A stretch of DNA of 64,000 nt from Myxococcota bacterium (GTDB taxonomy: Bacteria; Myxococcota_A; UBA9042; PHBI01; JAWLBL01): contig JAWLBL010000003.1 in the NCBI GenBank assembly GCA_041687695.1, positions 119,660 through 183,659 of the forward strand, written 5' to 3'. The notes beneath the pieces were generated by a model, which saw only the letters and a program-made list of their open reading frames with translations, was not told where the DNA came from and did no database searches. The translations under genes and the position numbers were made by a program. Of the stretch, positions 40,495-51,699 are shown piece by piece; the first letter of the stretch is position 1; every line of letters begins with the position of its first letter.

Positions 40495-42906
40495 ATGGCC
40501 GGCTCGCACAACTCGGTCCTCCACGCGTTCGCCGCGCTCACCGGCGCCATCCTGGTGGGCGCGTGGGGCCCCGTCCCCTGGCTCCCGGTCGCCGTGGCCG
40601 CTGCGGCCGTCGCCTGCGTGCCGCGCCGCTGGCCGACCGCGCGGCGCCTCGGCCGCTGCGTCGGCGCCGGTCTGGCTGCGGCCGCCGCCGCTTCGGCCCT
40701 GGCGCCCCCCGGGACCCTCTGGGGGGCCGGGCCGCGGCAGGCCGACCTCGACGGGCGGGTCGATCGCCTGTTCTGCCTTGCCGACCGATGCAGCGCCGTG
40801 CTCACCGACGCCCACGCGGACGGGCAGCCGCTCGGCGAAGACGTCCGCATGACCCTGGCCCCGTGGGAGGCCGAGCCCCTCCGCGTCGGACAGCGCTATC
40901 GCGTCCGAGCGCGGCTGGACGCCGAGCCGACCGGCGCCAACCCCGGGTTCGAGCCGGCCGGACAGCCGCGACGCTTGCGCTGGAACGGCCGCCCTCTCGA
41001 CGCCGACCCGCTCGAGGCCATGGACGACACGCCCACCCCTGGCGTCGGCACCTGGCGCGCCTCGCTGCGCGACCGCATGACGCTCCCGGACGCCGCCGTG
41101 ACCGGGCTGTACCGCGCCATCCTGCTCGGGGACAAGGACGGCCTCGACCCGCGGCTGCGCGACTGGTTCGGCGACACCGGCACGGCCCACCTGCTCGCGA
41201 TCTCGGGCCTCCACCTGGCCATCGTGGGATTCGGCCTGTACCGCCTGCTGCTCTTCGGCCTGCTCTGCTGGCCCCGCCTGGCGCAGGCCGGCCGCCCCCC
41301 CGCCTGGGCCGCCGCCGCAGCCCTCGTCCTGACCTGGGCCTACGTCGTCCTCGTGGCCCGCAGCGACGCCACCTTCCGAGCCGCCCTGGTCATGACGCTG
41401 GTGCTCTTGGGCGCCGTCCTGGCCCGCCGCGCCACGGGCCCCCGGTCGCTGGCCCTGGCCGCCATCGGACTGACCATCGTCTACCCCCGCGCGCCGCTCG
41501 AGGCCTCCTTCCAGCTCTCGTTTGCGGCCGCCGGGGCCCTGGTCGCCAGCCAGCCCTCCTTGCGCAACCTGGACGCCTGGCTCGCCGACCCCGGCCGGCT
41601 CGAGCCCCGCGGCCTGAGGGTGGCCCGCTGGTTGCTGCCCGGCCTGGCCGCCAGCGTCGTCACCTTCGCCGCGACGGCCCCCCTGACCCTGGCCTGGTTC
41701 GGACAGCTGGCGCCCATCGGCCTGCTGGTCAACCTGGTGGCGGTGCCGCTCACGGCCCTGGCGGTCGTGCCGGTCGGCGCGGGCTGGCTGGTCCTGGCCT
41801 GCGTCTGGCCGGCCCTGGCTGGGCTGCTCGCGCCGCTCCCCGAGGTGGCGGGCGACCTGCTGCTGGGGCTGGTGCGCGGCTGGGCCGAGGTCGCGGACGC
41901 GGCCACCCAGCCGGCCTGGCCCCACTTGGCGGGTGCGCTGGGCGCGGCGGCGGTCGTGCTGGCGCTGGTGGGCCGCCGGGGCTGGCCCTGGGCGGGCGGG
42001 ACGGCCGCGGCCTGCGCCGTCCTCGTCCTGGCCCACGGCCCCGCGACCGACGCGCTGCACGTGACTTTCCTCGACGTGGGCCACGGTGACGCGATCGTCG
42101 CCCGGATACCCGGCGACCGGATCCTGCTGGTCGACACCGGCGGCTCGTTTCGGCCCGACGCCAACCGCGCCATCGCTCGCACCACCCTGGTCCCGGCGCT
42201 GACGCGGCTGGGCGTGGACCGCGTGGACCTGCTGGTCATCAGCCACGCCCACCTCGATCACGTCGGCGCGGCGTGGCAGCTGCCGGGGCGCCTGCCGGTC
42301 CGAGAGGTGTGGCTGCCTTGGTGCGGCACCCAGGCCCCTCCCGTCCGACGTCTGGCCGCCGCGACCCTGCGCCGCGGTGGCCGGGTCCGGATGGTGCACG
42401 GCGGTCCGCGTCTACACTGGGGCGAGGTCCAGCTCGACCTGCTCTGGCCCGAGGTCGACGCCCTGCGGGCCGACGGCGCCTGCCGGACCAGCCTCAACGG
42501 CGGCTCGGTCACGCTGCGGCTGACCTACGCCGGTCGGCGTCTGCTACTGACGGGTGACCTCGAGGCCGAGTCCGAGGCCGCGCTGGTCGCGGCCGACCCC
42601 GCGGCGCTGCGGGCGGACGTGTTGAAGGTCGGGCACCACGGCAGCCGCACGTCCAGCACGTCGGCGTTCCTGGACGCCGTTCAGCCGTCGTTGGCCGTCG
42701 TCCCGGGGCGGCTCGCGCCCGGCCGCATGCCCCCTCACCAGAGCGTCCTGGCGCGCTTTCAGCGGCGGGCCATCCCGACCTGGGTGACGGGTCGGGACGG
42801 CGCTCTGTCGCTGACCATCGGCGCCGACGGGCGCGTCCGCTGGTGGGGCCACCGCGACGGCTCCCCTCGGACGCTGCCCGCAGATCGGGTCCTCAGACCT
42901 CCATGA
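40495..42906 (+). CDS. comEC: DNA internalization competence protein ComEC/Rec2
   Basis: GTAHLLAISGLH, SFQLSF, FLDVGHGD, SHAHLDHVG, LLTGD, KVGHHGS. Confidence 0.93.
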   Translation: MAGSHNSVLHAFAALTGAILVGAWGPVPWLPVAVAAAAVACVPRRWPTARRLGRCVGAGLAAAAAASALAPPGTLWGAGPRQADLDGRVDRLFCLADRCSAVLTDAHADGQPLGEDVRMTLAPWEAEPLRVGQRYRVRARLDAEPTGANPGFEPAGQPRRLRWNGRPLDADPLEAMDDTPTPGVGTWRASLRDRMTLPDAAVTGLYRAILLGDKDGLDPRLRDWFGDTGTAHLLAISGLHLAIVGFGLYRLLLFGLLCWPRLAQAGRPPAWAAAAALVLTWAYVVLVARSDATFRAALVMTLVLLGAVLARRATGPRSLALAAIGLTIVYPRAPLEASFQLSFAAAGALVASQPSLRNLDAWLADPGRLEPRGLRVARWLLPGLAASVVTFAATAPLTLAWFGQLAPIGLLVNLVAVPLTALAVVPVGAGWLVLACVWPALAGLLAPLPEVAGDLLLGLVRGWAEVADAATQPAWPHLAGALGAAAVVLALVGRRGWPWAGGTAAACAVLVLAHGPATDALHVTFLDVGHGDAIVARIPGDRILLVDTGGSFRPDANRAIARTTLVPALTRLGVDRVDLLVISHAHLDHVGAAWQLPGRLPVREVWLPWCGTQAPPVRRLAAATLRRGGRVRMVHGGPRLHWGEVQLDLLWPEVDALRADGACRTSLNGGSVTLRLTYAGRRLLLTGDLEAESEAALVAADPAALRADVLKVGHHGSRTSSTSAFLDAVQPSLAVVPGRLAPGRMPPHQSVLARFQRRAIPTWVTGRDGALSLTIGADGRVRWWGHRDGSPRTLPADRVLRPP

Positions 42907-43441
42907 TCTCGGCTTCCTTGCGGTTGGCCTCTTCGTCGATGCGGGCGATGGCCTTGTCGGTCAGGTCCTGGATGTCCTTCAGGAACCGGTGCTGCTCGTC
43001 CTCGCTCGCCGCTTCGTCGGCCTTGACCATGTTGTTGGCGTCACGGCGCACGTTGCGGACGGCGACGCGGGCCTCCTCGGTCTGCTTCTTGAGCTGCTTG
43101 ACCAGCTCCTTGCGGCGCTCGCCGGTCAGCGGCGGGATCGGCAGGCGGATCATCTCGCCGTCGTTGGACGGGGTGATGCCCAGGTTGCTGCCGACGATGG
43201 CCTTCTCGATGTCGGTCAGCAGGCCCTTGTCCCACGGCTTGACCGTGATGAGGCGCGGGTCGGCAACGTTCAGCGCGGCCACCTGGTTCAGGGGCGTCAG
43301 GGTGCCGTAGTACTCGACGCGGATGCCGTCGAGCATCGAGAGGCTGGCGCGCCCCGTCCGGACCCTCGACAGGTCCTTCTTGAAGCTCTCGATGGCTTTG
43401 TCCATGGAAGCCTTGGTGTCGCTGATGATCTCGTCCAGCAT
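42893..43441 (-). CDS. frr: Ribosome recycling factor
   Basis: RTGRAS, VEYYG, LGITPSNDG, PPLTGERRKELVK, AVRNVRR. Confidence 0.98.
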   Translation of the reverse strand: MLDEIISDTKASMDKAIESFKKDLSRVRTGRASLSMLDGIRVEYYGTLTPLNQVAALNVADPRLITVKPWDKGLLTDIEKAIVGSNLGITPSNDGEMIRLPIPPLTGERRKELVKQLKKQTEEARVAVRNVRRDANNMVKADEAASEDEQHRFLKDIQDLTDKAIARIDEEANRKEAEIMEV

Positions 43442-43527
43442 GCGCGCACTCCGGGTCGTCGTCGTTGAGGCCGTGAGCATACCGCTGCGCCTCGGTTTGA
43501 CAAGCAGCGCCGCCGCCGGTGCCCACG

Positions 43528-43650
43528 GACGGGCGACGGCGGACGGACGAACGGCCGGACGCGGGCCGGGCGGCGGGCTGGACGGACGGTGGCGGACAGC
43601 CGTCGGCGCGGGCGAGACGACGGCGGGCGAGACGACGGCGGGCGACGACC
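43528..43650. repeat. Short intergenic tandem repeats between pyrH and frr
   Basis: GCGGGCGAGACGACG in about 2.5 copies, plus GGACGG iterations. Confidence 0.55.
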
Positions 43651-43721
43651 CGCGCCGCCGCCCTTTCTCGACGAGGTCGCGAGCGGGCCGCGTGCGCGGC
43701 GGGGCAGGCCCGCGACGCGGC

Positions 43722-45224
<1,503 letters not shown>

Positions 45225-45253
45225 GACTGGTCTCCTTTGGAAGAGGGCTCGGG

Positions 45254-46111
45254 CTACTCCGCGGCGCCTTCGTCAGCGGCCTCGGCGGCCTCACCGCCCT
45301 CGGCCTCGGCGGCCTCGGGGGCCTCGACGGTCTCGGTGGCCTTGTCGGCGCGCCGCACGACCTCGACGTCCTGCTCGGCGCGGGCGCCACGGCCGCCGCC
45401 GGCCATCTCGCGGACGAAGGTGTCCTTGTGCGCCGCGGCGCCCGAGATGTAGGCGTCGGCGATGGCCGCCGTGAAGAGCTTGATGGCGCGGATCGCGTCG
45501 TCGTTCGACGGGATCGGGTAGCTCACGACGTCCGGGTCGCTGTTGGTGTCGACCAGGGCGACGATCGGGATGCCCAGGCGGCGGGCCTCCTCGACGGCCA
45601 GGTGCTCCTTGACCGTGTCGACGATGAAGATGGCGCCCGGCAGGCGGGGCATCTCACGCAGGCCACCCAGGTTGCGCAGCAGCTTGTCGCGCTCGCGCTC
45701 GAGGCGGGTGACCTCCTTCTTGGTCAGCTTCTCGACGTTGCCGACGTCCAGCGACTTCTCGATCTCGCCGATGCGCTCGATCGAGGTCTTGATGGTGCGG
45801 AAGTTGGTCAGCATGCCGCCGAGCCAGCGGTGGTTGACGTACGGCTGCTTGCAGCGCGACGCCTCCTCGGCGATGACCTCTTGCGCCTGGCGCTTGGTGC
45901 CGACGAACAGCAGCTGGTCGCCGTGCTGGCCCAGCTTGCCCACGAAGTCGATCGCGCTGCGGAACAGGCGCGCCGTCTTCTGCAGGTTGATGATGTAGAC
46001 GCCGTTCTTCGAGCCCCAGATGTACGGCTTCATCTTGGGGTTCCAGCGGCGGTTCTGGTGCCCGAAGTGGGCGCCGGCCTCGAGCATGTCACGCATCGTG
46101 ACTTCAGCCAT
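45254..46111 (-). CDS. rpsB: 30S ribosomal protein S2
   Basis: [41 protein letters not shown]. Confidence 0.98.
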   Translation of the reverse strand: MAEVTMRDMLEAGAHFGHQNRRWNPKMKPYIWGSKNGVYIINLQKTARLFRSAIDFVGKLGQHGDQLLFVGTKRQAQEVIAEEASRCKQPYVNHRWLGGMLTNFRTIKTSIERIGEIEKSLDVGNVEKLTKKEVTRLERERDKLLRNLGGLREMPRLPGAIFIVDTVKEHLAVEEARRLGIPIVALVDTNSDPDVVSYPIPSNDDAIRAIKLFTAAIADAYISGAAAHKDTFVREMAGGGRGARAEQDVEVVRRADKATETVEAPEAAEAEGGEAAEAADEGAAE

Positions 46112-46245
46112 CGTCGTTCCTCTTCGCCTTCGTTCGCCACCACCCCCCGAACGGACCGTCAGGCCCGCACGAAAGCTGGGGAGTGTGCGTGTTGATGGGT
46201 GCGTCGGGACTGCCCCGACGGCCCAAACGGGCGCGCCGTATAGCA
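46112..46245 (-). promoter_or_regulatory. rpsB promoter and structured 5' leader (possible S2 autoregulatory element)
   Basis: Extended -10-like TGCTATAC at about 46245-46238; hairpin GTCGGG..CCCGAC; position upstream of rpsB. Confidence 0.45.
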
Positions 46246-46284
46246 CGCGCCCCCCGCTCGGGCAAGGATGGTTCGGCTCGCGGG

Positions 46285-46471
46285 CAGGGCTATCGAGTTC
46301 TAGTTACGGGCGTGTTGGACTGCCCGAGCTTGCTCGGGCTCGAGGGCCCGCGCAGCTACCTGCGCGCGGAGGGATGGGACTGTAGCCTCGCGGGCGCAGC
46401 GAGCTGCGCCATGCCGGAGCACGAGCGAGCTGGTGCAGTCCGGTGGCCCGAACTAGAACTCGATCACCCTG
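46285..46471. mobile_element. 187-bp hairpin MITE with ISAs1-like ends
   Basis: CAGGG...CCCTG termini; ~55-bp imperfect inverted repeat with perfect core ATCGAGTTCTAGTT/AACTAGAACTCGAT; flanking direct repeat GGCTCGCGGG / GGCTCGCCGG. Confidence 0.78.
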
Positions 46472-46582
46472 GGCTCGCCGGGTGGGCGCCGAGCTGCGCC
46501 GCGGAGCGACGGGCGATCCGCGCGAGCCTCGGGGTGGGCACCGGGAGGTGGTCGCCAACCCCTGCGCCGCCCGGACCAGCCC

Positions 46583-47158
46583 CTACCAGCGCTCGAGCAC
46601 GTCCAGCGCCGCTCGCTTCGCCGCCACCGAGCGGAGCGCCGTCGACGCCTGGTCCAGCACGCCGCCGTCGGCCTCGATGGGGTCGCGGCGGTAGATGACG
46701 GCCAGGACGCCGGGGATCTCGCCTTCGAGCCGCAGCGCCCGCACCGACTCGAGGGCCCGCAGGGTCGGCGTCGCGCGGCCGCTGAGCAGATCCGCGCGCA
46801 CCCCGGCCTTGAGCTCGGCCCCGTGGTCCGCGGCCGAGTCGAGCGGGATCTCGCCCAGCTCGGGATCGAGCAGATCCTCGACCTTCACGCGGGGCCGCTC
46901 GCCGCGCGGCACGACGATCTCGGTCGCGAGCCGCTCGCGAGCCTCGGCCAGCGCGCGCTGGACGTCGGCCTCGTCCAGGTCGTTGTCGTCCCGGAAGCGC
47001 TCGTAGGTCGCGCGGGCCATCGACGTCGCGTCGGCGCGCTGGCCCGAGCGCCACAGCCCGACGCTGTCCTGGTAGGTGGCGAGGCTGGCGCCGCAGCCGG
47101 GGGCGACGACCGCCGTCGCGGCGAGCACGAGTGAGAGGACGAGACGCGGCAGGGACAT
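46583..47158 (-). CDS. Hypothetical lipoprotein
   Basis: Signal peptide with APGC lipobox-like motif; directly downstream of the DUF2332 gene. Confidence 0.65.
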   Translation of the reverse strand: MSLPRLVLSLVLAATAVVAPGCGASLATYQDSVGLWRSGQRADATSMARATYERFRDDNDLDEADVQRALAEARERLATEIVVPRGERPRVKVEDLLDPELGEIPLDSAADHGAELKAGVRADLLSGRATPTLRALESVRALRLEGEIPGVLAVIYRRDPIEADGGVLDQASTALRSVAAKRAALDVLERW

Positions 47159-47166
47159 GGCGACCT

Positions 47167-48258
47167 TCAGGGGGCGGCCCAGTCGCGGGCGAGCGCGGCC
47201 GGGCCCTCGGGGTGGGGCACGCAACCGGCCGGATGGTAGCCCATGCGAGCCAGCGGGCGATGGACCGAGCCCGATCGCCGGTGCAGCCAGGCGTCGAGGC
47301 GCATCGGGCCGCCGATCGCCTCGGGCCCCGCAGGCGCCTCGACGGGCGTCGGCTCGAGGGTCAGCCAGAGCCGCTCGCGGCCGCCCGACAGCCAGGCGCG
47401 CAGCTCGGCCTCGTGACGCGCCAGCTGGTCCTTGGGCATGTAGTCGCGGACGACGGACTGGAAGGCGAGGACCGGCAGGCCGTGGGCGGCCTCGAGGTCC
47501 TCGAGCAGGGGCGTGACCGGGGCCTCACCCAGCGTGTGGACGCGGACCTCCGGGCGGGTGCGCGGGTCGGCCGAGGCACGTCGCCACGCCTCGAGCGCGG
47601 CCTCGAGCCGACCGAGCCGCTCGCGGTCGCCCGGCCAGACGCAGGCGCGCAGCCAGCGCACCGAGTCCGGGTCCTCGAGATCGATCGGCCGCCGATCCAG
47701 CCCCAGGCGCGCGATGGGCGACGGCAAGTCCAGCCCGCCGACGATGTGCCGGCCGACGCGCCACGACACGGGCGTCAGGTCGGCCACGAGGTTCAGCCCG
47801 GCCGAGCACGCCAGGTCCACCAACACGAAGCCGCGGTGCGGCAGGCGCAGCCAGGTGACCCCCAGCGCCCAGCCGAGCGCGCGGCCCGGCTCGTTGGTCT
47901 GCACCCGGCGCTCCGCCAGCAGCGCCGGCAACCCCGGGTCCTCGAGCGCCTCGCGCAGCCGCCCGGTGAGGCCCTCGGCCTCGGCGTCGGCCAGCACCTC
48001 GGGCGCCACGGGGTGCGTCGGGTCGCCCAGCGCCGTGAAGCGCAGGCACGCGAGCAGCAGCAGGGGCCGCTCGTACCACGCGTCGAAGCTTCGCCCGGCC
48101 CACGCCCGGGCCAGCGGCGCCAGCGCGTCGGCCTGCTCGCGCGACAGGCGCCCGAGCGCCTCGACCAGGCGGAAGTAGGCGCCCGGCCCCTGTCCGCCGG
48201 CGTATTGCAGCCCGATGCGCTTCAGATCGTCGTCGAACCCGTCGAGTCCCGTGTGCAT
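47167..48258 (-). CDS. DUF2332 family protein
   Basis: VQTNEPGR, DLACSAGLNL, GLDRRPIDL, WLRACVWP..ERL.RL, QSVV. Confidence 0.85.
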   Translation of the reverse strand: MHTGLDGFDDDLKRIGLQYAGGQGPGAYFRLVEALGRLSREQADALAPLARAWAGRSFDAWYERPLLLLACLRFTALGDPTHPVAPEVLADAEAEGLTGRLREALEDPGLPALLAERRVQTNEPGRALGWALGVTWLRLPHRGFVLVDLACSAGLNLVADLTPVSWRVGRHIVGGLDLPSPIARLGLDRRPIDLEDPDSVRWLRACVWPGDRERLGRLEAALEAWRRASADPRTRPEVRVHTLGEAPVTPLLEDLEAAHGLPVLAFQSVVRDYMPKDQLARHEAELRAWLSGGRERLWLTLEPTPVEAPAGPEAIGGPMRLDAWLHRRSGSVHRPLARMGYHPAGCVPHPEGPAALARDWAAP

Positions 48259-48339
48259 GGGGCCGTTGCTACCGCGTCGCGGCCCCGCGGTCGAGATCGG
48301 GCTTTGCGTCCGGCCTCCCGGGCATTAGCTTGCCCGCCC

Positions 48340-49020
48340 ATGACGACCCGCCTCACTCGCCGCGCCAAGGCGGCCCGCATCGTCGAGATCCTCGAGGATC
48401 TCTACCCCGCGACGCCCGTCCCGCTCGACCACGACGACCCCTACACGCTGCTCGTCGCCGTGATGCTCAGCGCCCAGACCACCGACAAGAAGGTCAACCA
48501 GGTCACGCCGGCGCTCTTCGCGCGCGCCCGCACGCCGGCCGCGATGGCCGCGCTGCCGGTCGACGAGATCCGCGACCTCATCCGCGAGGTCGGCCTGGCG
48601 CCGACCAAGGCCAAGAACCTGCAGGCGCTGAGCCAGCAGCTCTGCGAGCGCCACGACGGACGGGTCCCGGCCGACTTCGAGGCCCTCGAGGCGCTGCCGG
48701 GCGTGGGCCACAAGACGGCGTCGGTGGTGATGGCGCAGGCCTTCGGCGTGCCCGCCTTCCCGGTCGACACCCACATCCACCGCCTCGCGGCCCGCTGGGG
48801 GCTGTCGACCGGCAAGTCCGTCGAGGCGACCGAGGCCGACCTCAAGAAGACCTTCGCCCGCGCCCTGTGGAACAAGCTCCACCTGCAGATCATCTTCTTC
48901 GGGCGCGAGCACTGCCCGGCGCGCGGCCACGACCCGGACCGGTGCCCCATCTGCTCGTGGGCCGGTGACCGCAAGCGGCTCGCGGCCGAGGCCAAGGCCA
49001 AGGCCAAGGCCAAGGCCTGA
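48340..49020 (+). CDS. nth: Endonuclease III
   Basis: LLVAVMLSAQTTDKKVN, LPGVGHKTASVV (HhH), FPVDTHIHRL. Confidence 0.95.
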   Translation: MTTRLTRRAKAARIVEILEDLYPATPVPLDHDDPYTLLVAVMLSAQTTDKKVNQVTPALFARARTPAAMAALPVDEIRDLIREVGLAPTKAKNLQALSQQLCERHDGRVPADFEALEALPGVGHKTASVVMAQAFGVPAFPVDTHIHRLAARWGLSTGKSVEATEADLKKTFARALWNKLHLQIIFFGREHCPARGHDPDRCPICSWAGDRKRLAAEAKAKAKAKA

Positions 49021-49022
49021 CC

Positions 49023-49688
49023 TCAACCGGACAGGTCCAAGGCGGGATCGAGCACCGCGCGGGCCCTGAGGGGGCGGCCGCTCTGCTGGGTCAGCAGCGC
49101 CTCGAGCACGGTCGCCACGCGGCGCCGGTCGGCCGCCTCGAGCGCGCGCCAGCGGCCGGCCTCCCACTCGGTCAGCGCCTCGCGCGCCCCGTCGGTCAGA
49201 CCGGGCAGGTCCGCGACCTCGGGCATCAGGCCGGCCAGCGTCAGCGCCCGCAGCTCGAACAGAAGCAGCAGCTCTTCGGTCGGCCGTCGCTTGGGGTCGT
49301 CGAGGACGCGCCAGGCTCTGAGCAGTAGCGGGTACAGGCCCGGCTCGCCGTCGTGCTCGGCTAGGACGTGGGTCACCACCTCGGCCATGGCCGAGGCCAG
49401 CGCGACCCGCAGCAGGTCGGCCTTCACGATGGCGAAGCCCTCGAGCGCCGTCGCCCCCTCGAGTGTCGCGAGGCCGTCGCCGCGCTCGCGCACGACGACC
49501 TCGGCGCGGGTCACCGGGTCGAGGTGCCCAGCCCGCTTGGCCGACCGACGCGCGCGGCGGGCGACGACGGGCAGGCGCAGGCCGCTGTCCATCAGCAGGC
49601 CGACGATGAGGTCGTCCCGCGAGTCGGCGCTGGTCAGGACCAGGGCCTCGGCCACCGCGCCGGGACGCGCCGGGGCCCTACTGGGCAA
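49023..49688 (-). CDS. recO: DNA repair protein RecO (divergent)
   Basis: ALVL...DDLIV.LL...G....ARRARRSAKR..LDP, LYPLL, LLFELRAL; coupled to mgtE; start may be GTG 49655. Confidence 0.75.
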   Translation of the reverse strand: MPSRAPARPGAVAEALVLTSADSRDDLIVGLLMDSGLRLPVVARRARRSAKRAGHLDPVTRAEVVVRERGDGLATLEGATALEGFAIVKADLLRVALASAMAEVVTHVLAEHDGEPGLYPLLLRAWRVLDDPKRRPTEELLLLFELRALTLAGLMPEVADLPGLTDGAREALTEWEAGRWRALEAADRRRVATVLEALLTQQSGRPLRARAVLDPALDLSG

Positions 49689-51033
49689 TGATCCAGCTCA
49701 CGAGCGTCGACGCGATCGTGAAGTAGGTCAGGATGCCCAGGATGTCGACGCTGGTCGTCACGAAGGGGCCGGTCGCGACGGCCGGGTCGATGCCCAGGCG
49801 GCTCAGGACCAGCGGGATGGTGGTGCCGATGCAGCTGGCGACCGTCATGCCGACGCCCATGGCCAGCCCCACGGCCAGCCCATAGGCGGGCGTCTCGCCG
49901 AAGATGGCCGCGACGCCGCCGACCACCAGCCCGTACATGGCCCCCATCAGCAGCCCGATGGAGACCTCCTTGCGCACGACGTCCCAGTTGCGCTCGGCGC
50001 CGATGTGGCCCATCGCGATGGCGCGCACCGTCACGGTCGCCGACTGGGTGCCGACGTTGCCGCTCATGCCCAGGATGATGGGCAGGAAGAAGGCCAGGTA
50101 GTGGTGGGCGGCGAGGGTCTCGTCGAAGCCGCCCATCACGGCCGCGCCGACCAGCCCGCCGCCGGCGCTCGCCAGCAGCCACGGGAAGCGGATGCGCACG
50201 TTCTTGGGGACGCTCTGGACCTCCGTGAGGTCCGTGCCGGCGCCCGCCATCTTCAGCATGTCCTCGGTCGCCTCTTCGCGGAGGACGTCGATGACGTCGT
50301 CGACGGTGACGATGCCGACCAGGCGGTTCGAGTCGTCGACCACGGGCACGGCCAGAAAGCCGTAGCGCGCCACCAGCCGCGCGACCTCCTCCTGGTCGGT
50401 GTCGGTCGTGACGCTGATGACGTCGGGCTCCATGATCTCGCGCACGCGCATGTGCGGCGGCGCGGCCACGAGCTTGCGCAGCGAGATGACCCCGACCAGG
50501 TGGCCGTGCTCGTTGGCGACGTAGATGTAGTAGACCATCTCGACGTCGCCGCTCTCGCGCAGCTTCTGGATGGCCTCCTCGGCCGTGTCCTCGGCGTGCA
50601 GGGCCAGAAAGTCGGGGAGCATGATGCCGCCGGCGGTGTCGTCGCCGTACTGCATCAGGGACTCGACCTGCTCGGACCCCTCGAGGATCTCGAGGATCCG
50701 CTGCGCGTGCTCGGGCTCGAGGTCGGCCAGGATGTCGGCCATGTCGTCCGGCGCCATCTCGCGCAGGATGGCGGCGGCCTGCTGGGGCGGCATCGGGTCC
50801 AGCACGCGCTTGCCGAAGGGCGCCTGCATCTGGACGATGACGTTGGCCTTGCGCTCGTTGCCCGACACGAGGCGGAAGACCGCGATCTGGTCCTCCTCGG
50901 CCATCGTCGACAGGACGGCCGCCAGCTCCTCCTCGCGGGTCTTCGCCACCAGACGCGCCAGCGGCTCCCAGCCCTGCCGGCGAAGCAGCCGACGGACGCT
51001 GTCCTGGAGCAGCCGGAGCTTGGGCGTCTGCAC
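49678..51033 (-). CDS. mgtE: Magnesium transporter MgtE
   Basis: DTAGGIM, CBS pair, GIVTVDDVIDV, RFPWLL, GNVGTQS, DPAVATGPFVTTSVD. Confidence 0.97.
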   Translation of the reverse strand: MQTPKLRLLQDSVRRLLRRQGWEPLARLVAKTREEELAAVLSTMAEEDQIAVFRLVSGNERKANVIVQMQAPFGKRVLDPMPPQQAAAILREMAPDDMADILADLEPEHAQRILEILEGSEQVESLMQYGDDTAGGIMLPDFLALHAEDTAEEAIQKLRESGDVEMVYYIYVANEHGHLVGVISLRKLVAAPPHMRVREIMEPDVISVTTDTDQEEVARLVARYGFLAVPVVDDSNRLVGIVTVDDVIDVLREEATEDMLKMAGAGTDLTEVQSVPKNVRIRFPWLLASAGGGLVGAAVMGGFDETLAAHHYLAFFLPIILGMSGNVGTQSATVTVRAIAMGHIGAERNWDVVRKEVSIGLLMGAMYGLVVGGVAAIFGETPAYGLAVGLAMGVGMTVASCIGTTIPLVLSRLGIDPAVATGPFVTTSVDILGILTYFTIASTLVSWIIAQ

Positions 51034-51039
51034 GCGCGG

Positions 51040-51546
51040 CTACCGCGAGGCGTCGGTGAAGGTCGACACGCCGTCGACCGGCTCTCCGATGGTCGGCACC
51101 CCCGGCTGGGCCGTCTCGGGCTCGCCGCCCTTGCGCTGGCCCACCATGAACCACGCCGCGAGCACCATCCCCAGGGCCACCACCAGCAGCGCGGCCTGGC
51201 CGGGGCGGAAGGCGGGTCCCGGGCGCGTCGCCTCGTCCAGGCTGAGCCACGCCGGCACGGCCTCGGGCTCCTGGCGTTCGCGCAGCACGCGCGTCGTCGT
51301 CGCGGGCTCTACCGCCGCGGGCGTGTCGCGCAGATCACGCACCAGCTCGTTGCCGTCCAGCCCCACCGCCGCCGCGTAGGCCCGGATGAAGCCGCGCACG
51401 AAGACCAGCGGCGGCAGCCGGTGCAGCTCCCAGGCCTCGAGGGCGGCGACGCTGGCGCGCGGGATCTTGGTGACCTGGGCGATGTCCTCGATCGACATGC
51501 CGCGCATGACGCGCGCCTCGCGCAGCCGTGCTCCGACCGTCTCCAT
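51040..51546 (-). CDS. RodZ-like helix-turn-helix membrane protein
   Basis: GARLREAR..MSIEDIAQVTKI..LE..LP..FVRGFIRAYA; one TM; short C-terminus. Confidence 0.85.
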   Translation of the reverse strand: METVGARLREARVMRGMSIEDIAQVTKIPRASVAALEAWELHRLPPLVFVRGFIRAYAAAVGLDGNELVRDLRDTPAAVEPATTTRVLRERQEPEAVPAWLSLDEATRPGPAFRPGQAALLVVALGMVLAAWFMVGQRKGGEPETAQPGVPTIGEPVDGVSTFTDASR

Positions 51547-51699
51547 CGCTCCCTCCCTGAGGCCGACGCCGCCCACGCGGCTTCCGCCGGCGGGTGTCCG
51601 TTCGGGCCGCGGGCCTTGGTGACCCTCATGAAACCGAGACCCGCCTATTACGCCCCGCGGCCGGCGGGTGTCAACGCTTGCCTGCCCGCCGCGCGCCGC

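Noticed and set aside
42893..42906. comEC/frr convergent 14-bp overlap as a regulatory feature
   Set aside because: Short tail-to-tail overlaps are common in GC-rich genomes
46285..46471. 6S RNA or tRNA
   Set aside because: The size fits 6S, but there is no central bubble or usual gene context; no T-loop or CCA; IS-like ends and a target duplication explain it better
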